DNA from: Fistulifera solaris
Taxonomy: Eukaryota
NCBI GenBank assembly: GCA_030295235.1
Contig: AP026129.1
Location: 868,001 to 932,000 of the forward strand
Reading direction: 5' to 3'
DNA length: 64,000 nt
How positions within the stretch are numbered: the first letter of the stretch is position 1; each line of letters begins with the position of its first letter. The notes beneath the pieces were generated by a model. The model did no database searches. It saw only the letters and a program-made list of their open reading frames with translations, and was not told where the DNA came from. Position numbers and translations under genes: made by a program. Of this stretch, positions 21,949 to 34,837 are shown piece by piece.

Positions 21949-24900
21949 CTATGTCGACGACTCAGAAGACGAATCATCCGAGTCGGAAGAGTCCGAGGAA
22001 ACCGAGCTGAGACTCGAGGAATCCTCATCGCCGTCTGAAAATCTTTGGCTGCTGGGGCCGAGGACGCGATTTCCCTGCGTACCTTGGGGTCCGTTCGATG
22101 ACAAAGGATGTGTGTCGACAAAGGCATTTGCATCGTCTACTGTGCCAGGTGGCTTACTGGTTTGAAAGCGGGCCCATAAATTTTTGCTCGTTAGCAATGT
22201 TCCAAGGACTTCACCGAAAGCCGTACGGTCCTTAGATGACTTCTCGAAGTTCGGTTGCACACTCTTACTTAGTTCCTTCATTTTGACGCGCGCGTCGTAA
22301 ACCGAAAGCGGTCTGTTTCCTGTTACAATCGACTCGAGACCGGCGCTAACCTTTTGCACAAGGTTGACGGCTTTGTTTAAAGGAGACACACAATCACCAC
22401 TTACCGTGGTGCAGACGCCGTCGCCATCCAAAAGATTTTCAACACTATGATGAATTTCGGATGCCGCGCGAACTACGTCCCAAGGCCAGCCGCAATGAGC
22501 AGCCAGCTCGACTCCATAATCAGCGGATACGTTGCATGCCCCAGGCTGCACCTTGTGAGTGTACCGTATCTCACCAATATCATTCTCTCCGGTCGCTTGT
22601 CCAACGGAGGCGGACAAATGGACATTCTGTACGAGCTGTGGATACGTTTCCGCCATACACGTCAGCTGCGGATAGTGCGAGACGAAGAATGTAATGGATT
22701 GTTTCTTGAGCAAGTATTCGCAGGTGGCCCAAGCGATCGCGACGCCATCTTCATTGCTGGTGGCCCGGCCCAGTTCGTCCACTAGCACCAAAGAGCGAGT
22801 GTTGGAGTTGTTGCAAATAAAGGCGGTCTCTTTCATTTCCTGCATGAAAGTCGATATGTTGTGCTCCTGGTCATCTGTATTCCCAATCCGACAGCAGAGC
22901 TGATCACGAATCGGAACAGAGGCTCTCTCGGCCGGTACGTAACTGCCGCACTGGGCCAGTATAGTAATGATTGCGATCTGTTTCAAATAGGTGCTCTTGC
23001 CGCTGCCGTTTATGCCGGAGATAATCGTGAGCGGTTTGCTGGCGGGGGCATACGTGTCATTTGCAACGAATGCTTTATCTTCACCGGCGACCACAATCGG
23101 AAAGTGTCCATTACGGATGACAAAGGCGTTTGTCGCATCTGAAGATTCATCATCCTCACGAAACCGTTCGAAGACCACGGGCCGAGACCACGGAGTTTTG
23201 ACCAATGTGACATGATCGGCAAAGCTATGACACATATCTAGAAGGGCCACTGCGTCACATAACGCAGCTAGCGGATCGTATCGTGCCCGAGCGTAGTCTA
23301 TCACCTCCTGGATGCGATCGTGTGTCATGAGTAGGAGATCTTGTATGTTATCCGTCGCACGAGCATTTAAACTGGCAATTTCTTCCGTCGTACACGTGAT
23401 AAATCGCCCGGCTTTGGCGGGCTGTAGGAACACCGCTGGAAGATCAGAGCCGATTTCTGCTGGGACGGCAAGAAAGTAGCCACGAACGGACGTGTAACGA
23501 ACCTGCACATGAAAGTTGTATATTTCAGCATATTCATCGGCCTTCTTGTGAATGTCATCAACATTTCTCAAAAAGGTTTGGCGAAGAACGGCCATCAAAT
23601 CAGCCTCGTCACATTTAAGAGCGAAACATTCCTTGTGACGCATGGCATGATTGTTTCGCGTGAAGTGTGTGTGCTCAGTGAAAATAGCATTCACGGCTTG
23701 TAACACTTCATCCAGTTCGGGCTGGCTCACCGTAAACACGACGGCTCTTAAAAGATGAAATCGTTGCACCTCGCCCATTCCTCCCAATCCTACCATCAAA
23801 GTAGAACGATCTGTTCGAATGGTTCTCAAATCATCGTCTTGTTGCTGATCTCGTTCGGTTTCACCGAAACGCCGCACCAGCGTCTCCAAGTGGGAATTCA
23901 AAGCCAAGGCCAAGGAAGGAAGCGACGATAAAGTTGTCTTTATGGAAACCAAAGCAGATATTCCACGGCTAGCTACCTTTCGTCGCTGGACAATATTGAC
24001 AGCAGGATCTTCCTTGATGTCCTTTGGGATAAACGCAATATTTGAGAGCATCTTATCTACGTCGGGCAGAGCGGTTAGGTGATCCATGATCTCAAAGAAG
24101 AAATCTGCATCCCCGAGAAAGATATCAACAAGCTCCAAGCGTGTCTGGATGGTGCCTATACTGCTGCTTGGAGACATAAGATTGCTTCGAAGGAGCCGAC
24201 TACCGACAGTTGTTTTGGTCCTGTCGATACAACCAATCAAAGAGTCAGCAACTTTTGCGGTTTTCGCATTCACAAGTAGCTCAAGTTGTAGAATGGAGGA
24301 CCGATCCACTGTCATACGATGAAGCCCACCAGCGTTCACGGAAAGAAAGAGAGAGTTTCTCGCAAAGAACCACCCAAGTTTGTCTGCGTGTAATGCAAGA
24401 CAGCATGCACCGAAGATAGCAGAATGTATTCCTCAACTATCGTCAGATCGTACGTATCGGCCCGAGACACACGTCGCAAGAGCTCTGCCCCTCTCGTCTG
24501 ATCGAAAAATGAGCGGGAAATGAATTTGACGACGCATCCTTCCCCGTTCTCCGTATGAAAAGTCTCCAATATCTTTCGAGCCAATGGGGAATTAGAACGC
24601 CCTTCATTCAGCAGAATTTCATGCGGTCGAAGAATTTCTAGGCAAGCTAGGGTCTCGGCGTAACTTTGTCCGTTCCCTTGTTTGGTTACATGCAGTTGCG
24701 TAGGACTCGATACATCCAGAGACGCCGCGCAAGTCTCACGTGCCAGATTTTCACTAATGGCGCACACCACATGGGCGGGACTGGATGGACTGTGCCACGA
24801 CGCGTCGTTTGTGGTGGCTGCTTTCGAAAAACGAGACGTCACAGATCGTCGAGAAGCAGGCGCACGCATACCACCAGTTGCGCCGGGTGTCGTAGGGAAT

Positions 24901-25121
24901 AGTCGCGTTTGTGCAAGACCCGGCGTTGCAGATCGACGGGATCCGAATTGGTCCGACGCGTCTTCTGCCGCTTCGTAATGTCGAGTAGCATTCGCAACAG
25001 TATCATCATCTAAGATCGATAGGCCCGTAGGCCCGCTGGACTGTGTAACACGATTCCGCGCACCGCGGTTTGTGGTCAAAGATGACTTCGTCGGGCGCTT
25101 CCGTTTCGCTGACAAGGACAT
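21949..25121 (-). CDS. MSH4: MutS homolog, meiotic MSH4 type
   Basis: GINGSGKSTYLKQIA, STFMQEM, DELGRATS and SHY motifs. Disordered N-terminus with no mismatch-recognition domain, as in MSH4/5. Indel near 24357. Confidence 0.85.
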
Positions 25122-25866
25122 TTATGATGTATTATGAGAATGATTTCAATTGTGTACACAAAACGCAAAGGATCCGAAGATGTATCGTATTGCGCTCCTT
25201 ACATACTCCCGCAGATCAAAAATGGCATTGCTGTGTTGGTTGCAAGTTTTGGGTCCTCAAAATGTCAAAGAGAGCCAGGCAGGCTAAAAATGGCGCGCCA
25301 CAGGTGCAAAAACCCCGCACACGCCGTACTTTTTGTCGAGGAGCAACCCAGAAGTCGTTTCGCGACAGATAAAAAGCAATTTCTTGGTCCTTGAAACATT
25401 TTCATTTAAAAACATGAGTTCACGGCATGCAATGAATTATGTAGTATGTTTCAACATCAAAGCACTTTGCGGATGGTGACGAGCGCACAGCGCACCTGCT
25501 CGGCCGCAACAAAATCTCACACCTGAGGTAGAAGTCTAAAAACGGATACCGGTGCGTAACGCACATATTATAAAGGTGCACAACTCTATGACCACAGGTT
25601 AACGGTTAACGTCATTTTACCTGCCATTTCATTACTACTATCTACCGGGTCTTTTTCGTGGAACTGGTTTCATCTTTGGCGATCGTCGCAAAAAAATGTT
25701 CGCCTTTTTTCTCTCATTTTTTCTCTTGCCCTTGCACCGTATCAGGAAAGTTCGCAAATTGCTCTGCATACCAAAGACAACTGTAAGTCAAAGACCCATT
25801 CCATGTAGAACAAGCTCTTGAATTACTGATAATTCTTGCTGAATCATTCCCTATCAAAGAAGAATC

Positions 25867-27175
25867 ATGACGACGACAAAGGCAACACGAGAAGCGTCAC
25901 GACTTCAAGCTCGAAAGTGGTTCGAGGAGCGGAAAAGTCGCAAGATGAAAGTTTGTGATGAGTCCGCTACTTCGAATGAATCCAAAACAGATGTTCCATT
26001 GACAAAGGCGTCCAAGCGCACGACCCCTTCGCGCAAAAGGAAAGTACACAGACGAACGCCCGTGAATTTCCGAAGCCGAGACGCACGACCCGCTCTACAC
26101 GTGCTACAAAAGAGGATGACTCGGTGGCTTCATCTTCTTCTCAGGGTTCTACCAGCTCACTCCGTAAGCTCATCAAGCGAGTGACTCGGCCCTTGAAAAA
26201 GAACGCCGTAGCGAAGGATACGTCCAGTAAGGGTGACCAAAAGCGACCTCAGCGAAAGTCTTTGTCAGCACCTGCTCCAATCGTTACTTCAGAACGGAGA
26301 GTCACTCGTTCTCGAAAGACAGAAGATGCTGCTGTTGAGGACGTTGCCGACCCTACTCCGTCGAAAATGAGCACCACGAAGAAGTCGAATCGCGCACGTC
26401 AGCCGGTTTCGAAAGTAGAGTTGCAAACAATGCTATCCCCAGCACTGGGGTCGCTTCAGAAAATTGTCTCGCCTACAGACTCTCTGTCTACCACATTTTC
26501 GCATTTGGAAGACATGTCGTTTTCCGGTATCGCTGCTTCAGTGGCTGAATTTGCAGTGGAAGAGATTGCAATCTTTAAATGCGACGAATCTGAGTCTGTC
26601 CATGTTGTGGAAACCGAATCCAGTGTGATGGCGCCTAACTCGATCGACACGCCTGCTTCTTGTATTTCAGTTGATGAAAATGCGAAAAGTTTCGGAGGCA
26701 AAGTCCTCGATGAAAAGAGAACTCATTTCATGAGCTGATTCTTGTTGCTACTGAGGAAGATTCGGTCGACCCTTACACTGGCCAGGAAGAGAACTTGCAG
26801 GTCGAAGCAGGTTACGAGGTCACTGCAGTAACTAAAACGTTTCCTATCGATGTAACCTTGGTGTACGCCGCAGTGATGATCGTCATCGTTATCCTACTGG
26901 TGGCCATGTCCGTCTTTGTCCAATCAAAGACTGTACAAGGCGAGCTTGCTGCCCGTGATGGTTCGATCGAAGATTATATTCGATTCGTTACCAAGAACGA
27001 GGCGAGTCACTTTGCCTTACACTATAGCAAGGAGTTACAAACTATGTTGACGGACAGCTGGCGACGCGATGTATCCATGGCAGCTATTGGAGGTTTTTAC
27101 AGCCTTTCCTTCTTCAAATATCCTAAAATTACATTTGCGGCGAGCGTATTAGCTATGGGCGCGGTCTTTTTGTGA
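25867..27175 (+). CDS. Hypothetical protein with basic disordered N-terminus and C-terminal TM segments
   Basis: Three track ORFs join by single-base indels near 26068 and 26715. Confidence 0.6.
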
Positions 27176-27632
27176 TGAAGTAGAAGAAACCTTTGCTCTG
27201 TGGATCATGTTGTTATCTATGATAATCTTCTACTAAGCCTCAATCCTTTACTTGCGATTTGCTAGAATCCAAAATCAAATAAGCTTCAATGCATGCAGAG
27301 ATTTAACATTTATAGCTATTAAGTCGAGCGTTTGAATCTCTGGCTATAGAGCAAAAACAAGCTGGTACAACTTGAAGTTAAGTCGAGATGCAAGCAGTTT
27401 TGTAGACACACGGTCTGGGGCAGTGCGTAGTGCGTACGATGTCCGCGCTCAATGGAAAGGTGCAAGATACCTTCGCCTCATCTTCGAAAGCAACAAATGG
27501 CGTGCCTTTCATTTTCAATTTCAATATCATCTTGTTGAACCAGTGAAGCCAATTCCAGGTTAAACCAACATATAGCTTACATAGACCTTACGCAGCAAAA
27601 TCTTAACGAGCCACACCGCTTTTTGCACTAGA

Positions 27633-28908
27633 ATGCTACAATCAATTTTTGGCGACAAGCTTATCGACGATGACCGAGAAGCCGTTTTAACGTTTTCATT
27701 GCCGGCCATGGAGGGCACATTCGCCCTTTACCCACCGAAGCTCATCTTTTGGGTACAATTATTGGTTGTAAGTCCTCTTCGACATGAGAGTCGACCGATT
27801 TCAGGATGAATGAGCTTCTCACGCTGGCTTGAAACAGCTGTTCTTCCTACAAACCTTTACGCAAATGTTGTATGCAGCTTTCATTTACAAGTTTATTGTG
27901 AAACAAAGACGCTCGAGCTCCGCTTATTTGCTTGGCTTTGGTCTCGTCATACCGTCCGCTCTTTCTGCGCCTTACCCCATTCTGGAGTATTTTCTCATAC
28001 AAAACAAAACGCTCAAGCTTTCTATGGGTACAATGCCACTCATCGTCGCATTTCGATGCATCGAAGCTATGTATGACACATCTCCCCATTCGGTCGAAGA
28101 AAGCTTATGGAACTATGTGACATACTACACGAGTCTTTCTCATTTTGAATGGGATCCAAAAACGAAAACTCGGCGCCGATGTACAGCATTGGATTTTGGG
28201 GCTATTCTTTGGCGCTTACTATGTCACTTTCATTTGGCCGGCTTGATGCTTTCACTTGCTATGCACTTCAACTATCAACTGCTGCCGACCAAGGTGAATC
28301 TGCACGAGTACAATTTGACTTGGGAACTTTTTTCGCCCGCGCATTTGGTGAATGCTTACATGTTGGCAATCCTGGCGTTCTTTATGCTTGCAGTTGGCTT
28401 TGAAATGGCTTCGTTTGGAGACAATTTGAAAGGTTTTTTGACCAAGCAACCCTTTTATAACCCTCTCTTCACGAGTCGATCACCGAGCGAGTTCTGGGGT
28501 CGAAAATGGAACATGACTATTCATCGATTACTAAAGCATGGAGCCTACATGCCTGCCCGACAATACCTCTCGATGCACTTGTCGTACTTCGTGACGTTTC
28601 TCGCTTCAGGCTTATTACACGATTATAGCTGGACCGTAATGTATTACCAGTATGGCCAGCCACTAGCCTATCATCCGGCGTTCTTTAAAACAACGGCGTT
28701 TTTCCTCTGGAATTACATCCTCATGGCTATTGAGCACGAAACGCAGCATATGTGGGGATTCACGAAGCGGTTGCCGACGATTGTTGTGTCAACACTAGTG
28801 GTCCTGACCGCGCTGCCTTTCTCACATTGGTATACTGGCGATTGGGTGGCCAGCAACTATTTCGCGGAGTTCGCAATGGGATTATGGTTTATCCGTAAGG
28901 TAGCCTAG
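27633..28908 (+). CDS. MBOAT-family (wax synthase-like) O-acyltransferase
   Basis: NPLFTSRSPSEFWGRKWN and TFLASGLLHD (catalytic His). First exon 27633-27767, intron 27768-27837. Confidence 0.9.
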
Positions 28909-29381
28909 ACCAGATCCGCGACTCCTTGGCACAGCTGCTATTTGAGTCTCAGCTTTCAATAACAGAGATCATTAATTGGTGATGTTTTTATCTTATTGCG
29001 TTTATCTTATTTGCTGTATTTACGGATTTAATTGTCATAGTTCACCTTAGCTTATAGGCATTATTTTATTTTCCCCATTTCGAAAGTACCAGCATGCCGG
29101 AGGTGCGCGAACCGTGAACCGCAAATCGCGAACGTTTGCGAGTGAATGTGATGTTATAGGTCCTTGAATGTGATTGGCTGACTGGTGATCCGTTGGATGT
29201 GAAAAAAGTAGTCGGCGGTTAAACACAATATTTTTAGCTCTATGCAATTAATGCCGCGCGTTTCAGCTGTACGATTACTGACTGGATGGATTTTTTCTCA
29301 ACGATTGCGCGCACATTTTCATTATATTATTATTACTGTCGAAAGCCATTAAAGTAATCTATTGACGCCTCGACATCAGCA

Positions 29382-30926
29382 ATGGGGCGTGTAACACGAT
29401 CGAATGGCAAGCTCTACTGGCTGGTTACATCAATTAGCTGTCCGCTGATCATCATTACTGTTTCTTTTTCCGTTCGATATGCTCGCCGACCGACAATTTA
29501 TTCGGAAATTAGTGATGGAGACTCGTTAAGTCCAACCCCACCCAATAATGTTCCAGTGAGCGCACCCTCGAGCGCGGGAGAGACTCAAGCGCCGACTCCG
29601 AAACCGTATCCTTGCTTGACTTCGCAAAGGGAACTATATTATGCAGTGGACCGCTACTGGAGTGATTCCACCCGAGCGATGGTGGAGGGAAAATACGGGC
29701 CCATCGAGAATTGGTGTTTTCCTACGGTGACCAGTCTTTCAAAAGTTTTTGATATGGAGCGCAATCCTGGTCTAATAAAAGGATCGTACGACTTTTTATC
29801 TGAATGGGACATGAGCCTTGTGGAGGATACAACCTATATGTTTCAAGGAAATACACATTTTGACGGAAGGGGATTAGATAACTGGAACGTGTCTAGTGTG
29901 AGAAATATGGCTGGAATGTTTCAGGGTAAGCAGACGTGACTACGAGCAGGCGCTCTTGTGTCTTCCTGTCTCACTTAATTTCCTCCATAATCAATCAATG
30001 AAGGTGCTTCCAATTTCAACGGCAACTTGAGCGATTGGGACGTATCATCTGTGGAAGACATGGCTTCGCTCTTTCAAGGAGCATTGATTTTTGATGGCGA
30101 TATATCGCGATGGATAACTTCACGTGTTACTTCTATGTCACACATGTTTGCAGGGGGAAACGCGGGATCTACTTCGTTTCGTGGGGGTATCGGAAGTTGG
30201 GACGTTTCGCACGTGCGAGATATGTCGTGGATGTTCGCAGGTGCTAGTCGCTTTAACGATGATTTGTCAAAATGGCACACTCGACATGTTACAGATTTTA
30301 GCTGCATGTTTCTAGATGCTTCTTCGTTCGGTAGCGACTTGGAAAAGTGGGAAGTAGCGTCAGCTGAAGATCTTTCTTTCATGTTCGCCAACGCAACTAG
30401 CTTTCAAAGTCACTTATCAAAATGGAAAACGTCCAAGGTTGAAAGTATGAGTGGTATGTTCAGCGGGGCAACGCAGTTCAATGGCGACATATCGGCATGG
30501 GATGTTTCTTCTGTTAAGGACATGTCGAGTATGTTTTCGAAAGCCACTTCTTTTGACGCTGATCTCTCTGAGTGGGAGACATCAAGTGTCACTGCAATGG
30601 AGTTGATGTTTAGCGAAGCAACATCCTTTCGAGGCAGCAGCTTATCGTGGTGGGATGTATCATCCGTTGAGGTTATGGATTGGATGTTTCGGGGTGCTTT
30701 TAGATTCAATGCCAATCTGACGAGATGGGATGTTTCAAATGTTTGGTCTATGGTAGGCATGTTTGAAGGAGCATCTTCATTTTACAATAACCTTTGTCCG
30801 TGGGGTGGTATCCTGAGTCCAAGCGTTCGAATAGATGGGATGTTCACCAGCACATCATGTCCACGCGAAACGGATCCGATTCTGTATGCTGACATTCCCG
30901 GGCCGCTATGCTTTGCTTGCTCATGA
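29382..30926 (+). CDS. DUF285/BspA-like repeat surface protein with N-terminal TM anchor
   Basis: About 12 repeats of 25-26 aa of the form WDVSSVxDMSxMFxGAxxFNxDLS. P/T/S stalk. Intron 29926-30003. Confidence 0.9.
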
Positions 30927-31052
30927 GAACTAGCGCATCTGAAAAAGTTCATTAGCAGAAAGATTGCTAACGAAGTGATAGAGATAGATGAAACAAATTA
31001 TGTTTTACTAGCTGATCGATCATGCAACATCCATAGAAGACTATGCAATGGG

Positions 31053-31697
31053 TTAGAAAGTCCAATAGCTGTCGTTCTCGGCTTTTAGCGCATCAGAGTT
31101 ACAGCTCGATTTCCTTTTAATCAAATTGTGCTCAATGTGTTCGACTGTCAACAGCTGACGAGCTCTCTCGGCATCCAGTATGTCCTTGATTAATCGCTCA
31201 CTGGCTGTTTCATGAAAGTCATTCCAACAATTCTTTTCATTACCTTTTGAGCGCGAAACACCGGAGGAGGTAAGAACTTCGCGCTTTTCTTCGAAACGAT
31301 CGGCACGCTGTGTAAGAAACTCGTGTTCCTTCAGCTTGATTGCCGTTGGCATAGCCCCATAAGCGGTGTTGCCTAATCTCGTTGCGCCACAAGATACCTG
31401 CTCATTCTTTTGCCGCAAGGCTTCGACGACCAGGTTGTTTGTAATGTGCTCCACGGAAAACAGTTGACGAATTCGCTCCTCTCGAACGATGTTTTGTGAT
31501 ACGATCTCCTCCTCCGATTGCGAACGCTGGTTCCAATACTGTGTATCCCTGATATGACTAGGATTCGGTGGTTTTCCAGGCTCGGTTTCACTTCGTCGTC
31601 CTGCAAGAAGATTATATGGAGAAGAACTGATAAATCCTTGGAAAGCTTCGCCGGCTGGGAGAAGATCCGGTTCTTTTGGTTTGCGATTGGGTGGCAT
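31053..31697 (-). CDS. Hypothetical protein with duplicated RQLxxVEHIxxNL motif and xYW motifs
   Basis: 214-aa ORF containing RQLFSVEHITNNLV, RQLLTVEHIEHNLI and a terminal ENDSYWTF. Confidence 0.6.
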   Translation of the reverse strand: MPPNRKPKEPDLLPAGEAFQGFISSSPYNLLAGRRSETEPGKPPNPSHIRDTQYWNQRSQSEEEIVSQNIVREERIRQLFSVEHITNNLVVEALRQKNEQVSCGATRLGNTAYGAMPTAIKLKEHEFLTQRADRFEEKREVLTSSGVSRSKGNEKNCWNDFHETASERLIKDILDAERARQLLTVEHIEHNLIKRKSSCNSDALKAENDSYWTF

Positions 31698-31995
31698 GAG
31701 GTAATGATTGTGGGAAGAGCACTGACTGTGGAAGTTTGGGTATCAGTAAGGCTGCACAATGTGCCGATCGATCTTCCTATTTAGTTTGATCGGTCAACAG
31801 TGAGCGGTGAGCGGGTGTGAAAGTTAATACGTACAGTCTATCTGCTTTGCTTTGGTACCGAAAAGTCTCCATCTCACTTTAACATTCCAAATTTTTCTTT
31901 TACCTTTTGTTGAATGCCGCAAGCCGAACCCCAGGTTTTGTTTGTAAAAATCCGAGGACAGCTTGCAAGTACACATAACACGAGAGAAAAGGCGA

Positions 31996-32299
31996 TACCA
32001 GGTACTTTTAGCATTCAATAAATGCAAAAGAAAAGTTGAAACAAAGAAACAAGTGGTAGACAAACTTCCATGTTCCATGTCATCCAAAGAAGATTCGTCG
32101 TTGACAGCAATGTGTCAGCTGTTTCTTCTGAGATGTGTGAGACGCGATAAGGGATAAGGGATCTTACCTGGTACGAGAAAAACGGCGCAGAAATCGGAGA
32201 CTGGAGAACAGTTCTTTCCGAGCGCAATGCACAAACCGGTACAGCGGTACCGGTACCGTACGTCACCACAACTTGAAATACCACAGACCATACCAGGTA
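31996..32299. promoter_or_regulatory. Cluster of three TACCWGGTA palindromes in a divergent intergenic region
   Basis: Copies at 31996, 32165 and 32291, plus GGTACCGGTACC near 32247. The same motif recurs in other intergenic regions. Confidence 0.5.
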
Positions 32300-32578
32300 G
32301 AAGGTAGACGCCCAGACTTGTACATAAAGTACTCTATGAACTGACACCAACGACTTCGAACTTCGAACACCAGGTGGAGGTCACGGCCACGACCTTGTAA
32401 GTTGCAAGCAAGGCAAAGCTGATGTTTTCTTTCCAAAACCTTTTCGATTGATCAATTCAACAGCTTCTCATCGTCAACTTCTTGAAGACTCTTGTTTCAA
32501 TTAAAATTATCATTACCATTAAGATAACAGGAAAGCCATCGCGTCTCGTTTTAAATAGTGAAGAAGTTTCAAGATATC

Positions 32579-33159
32579 ATGGCACCCAACAAGAAGCACG
32601 CGACGCATCTTTCCCACACTTTGGCGACACTTCGAGTGATACGAGCGAAAAGCACCGATTATCAAACTCCCACTTCAGTTGTCGATAGCGCTTCCTACTG
32701 GGAATGGCCTTCAACAACTTCCATCGATTTCTCTGTTGGGCGTATCGAATCAAATTTGGTTGTCGCTGCTAAACGGCGTTTTGTGTCGTCATTACAACCC
32801 GAAAATGACGATTATTGGGCCGAGAGTGATCAAATTTCTATTCGCAAAGGTGAAAGTCAAATAACTCCGCAAGAGCGAATTAACTCGATTGATTATTGGG
32901 CGGAAGAGTCATACGAACCTACTCGGAGTGATGTTTATTGGAATACTGCGTCTCTTATCACCCACAAGACGATTCGCAATCCACATCTTGTTGAAGCCAA
33001 ATCGGATAATTATTGGCAAGAGAGGGTACATGATCGTAGCAACTCGGACGCATATTGGCAGAAGCTTTGCCGTCTCAGAATTATTGGACGTGGAATGTCG
33101 AGTCCAAAACAGAGAGCGACAACTACTGGGATTGGGCAGCTTTTGTGCCAACTTTCTAA
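32579..33159 (+). CDS. Hypothetical (S/N)DxYW-repeat protein
   Basis: Six YW repeats in the track ORF. Two more (SQNYWTW, SDNYWDW) follow an indel near 33060, ending at TAA 33157-33159. Confidence 0.6.
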
Positions 33160-33589
33160 TAACGAAGCAGACGTCTCACTTCAGCTACAGCTTTCTATGA
33201 ATAGATTATAATAATAAATAAAACAAGCAATTTCTAGAACCTTAGTCGCATCCCTTCTGCTTGGGCTAATGCACGTAAGATCAAGAAGGTTCGAGTTTGT
33301 GTTAATCGTGGTACGTGTAAGATTTATCGGTACTATTGTCAGTCGTGTTTCATCTAGGGGGCCAATCGTTCGAAGTTTTGCTCCTGCCACTCCACTCATA
33401 ATCAGTCTTCGTCCATCACAACTTAAATAAACAATCCGTACTGCCGAAAATGAAGAGCCACGATCACACCACGAGTTACGCTTGCTTGCGCTTTCATCGC
33501 TAGTGTTATTTTGAATACTCATTAAAATGCATCGAGGCGGAAGCTGTAACTATTAAATCAATTTTAGAAGGCTTACGAATATTCAAACG

Positions 33590-33892
33590 ATGAAGAAACA
33601 AGTGACGTTTGTGGAGAGCAGTCGGTGGAGTACATGCTCGGCGGATAATGGCCCTAATCGGCCGCCAAGACGATTTGAGTCAAGCGATGGTGATGATTCA
33701 CTTCTCCACATCGATCAACAACAACAAGAAGAAGAAGAATCATTGCCATCAAGAAATGAGTCTTTCACCGCGCAAAATCTAGAAGTTGATCTAGTAGAGC
33801 CAGATTTTACCCTTCCGAGGATCGTCGCCCAGCGTTTATCTGTAGCTAGGCTTGTCATCCTTTCGTGCCCGGGCAATAAACATTTGAAATAA
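33590..33892 (+). CDS. Small hypothetical protein
   Basis: 100-aa ATG-initiated ORF with KQVTF, SRW and PPRRFES short motifs and a Q/E run. No recognisable family. Confidence 0.4.
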   Translation: MKKQVTFVESSRWSTCSADNGPNRPPRRFESSDGDDSLLHIDQQQQEEEESLPSRNESFTAQNLEVDLVEPDFTLPRIVAQRLSVARLVILSCPGNKHLK

Positions 33893-33923
33893 TGATCGCG
33901 TGCTCAAGTTGAAGATCATCCCA

Positions 33924-34496
33924 CTACATGAACTGCATTGCTTGCCTTGCTCTACATTTCTCCAAATCAATGCCGCTTAAACCATCCATAGCTTCACCGT
34001 TAAGCATTTGATTCATCAAAACAATTATTGCTCCCAGTACGGCTAGCCAAGCCATAACTTCGCAGGCCTGCACGGCTTGTCTCGACGATTCAGGAGCCCA
34101 CGAAGACAACCCTTGCCTGAATACTATACGAAGGAAAATAGACAGCCCTGACACAACGACTACATCCAAATAACAACTTCGTTCCAACCAATCTGGAAGG
34201 TACAGTGGCCCACAACCCGTCTGAAATACCACCCACTCACTCCAGAAAACTCCACTTGACCCGCATAAAGATGTTCCAACAAGAAATCCCGTAAGGATTT
34301 CATCACTAAAAGTCTCTTTTCCATCTTCGTCCGGTTTCAACAACAATCGAGACCGCAATGATTTGGTTTGTCTTGGATAGCACGGTTTCAAATGTGGCAT
34401 GGACCGATAAGACGGTGCTTTGTGATACGGTTTTAGATACGCAGATACTAGAGAAATAGAGACAAGGAAAGAGAATAACAAAAAGACCGAATGCAT
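33924..34496 (-). CDS. Small membrane protein with bipartite (probably plastid) presequence
   Basis: Signal peptide ending VSA-Y, basic transit region, three hydrophobic helices, WSEWVVFQTGCGP motif. Confidence 0.65.
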   Translation of the reverse strand: MHSVFLLFSFLVSISLVSAYLKPYHKAPSYRSMPHLKPCYPRQTKSLRSRLLLKPDEDGKETFSDEILTGFLVGTSLCGSSGVFWSEWVVFQTGCGPLYLPDWLERSCYLDVVVVSGLSIFLRIVFRQGLSSWAPESSRQAVQACEVMAWLAVLGAIIVLMNQMLNGEAMDGLSGIDLEKCRARQAMQFM

Positions 34497-34837
34497 GTTT
34501 GTGTTGGTATCAACAAAATTTTATTTTGTGGCATGTTTTTTACTCCGTACAAAGTACGCGTGTTGGCTTGTTGTAGAGTCACAAGAAGTCAGGACTTGAA
34601 TCTAAGTGCACTCAGCACCCAGTTCATCAAAAAACATGACGACTCATGCGTTTTGTGCAGCAGCTGAAGCCAAGTAAAGACAAGATCCAAACATCAATAT
34701 TAATTGGTTTTTGATGTCTCTTGAGACGAAACAAATGGTCTATGTTAAGCTTAAACATACGACCCTCGTTGTGAACTACTATCGAGCTATGACCCCCTAT
34801 TCCCTGAACCCCATACCCCGTGACTAAGTCTGCATCC

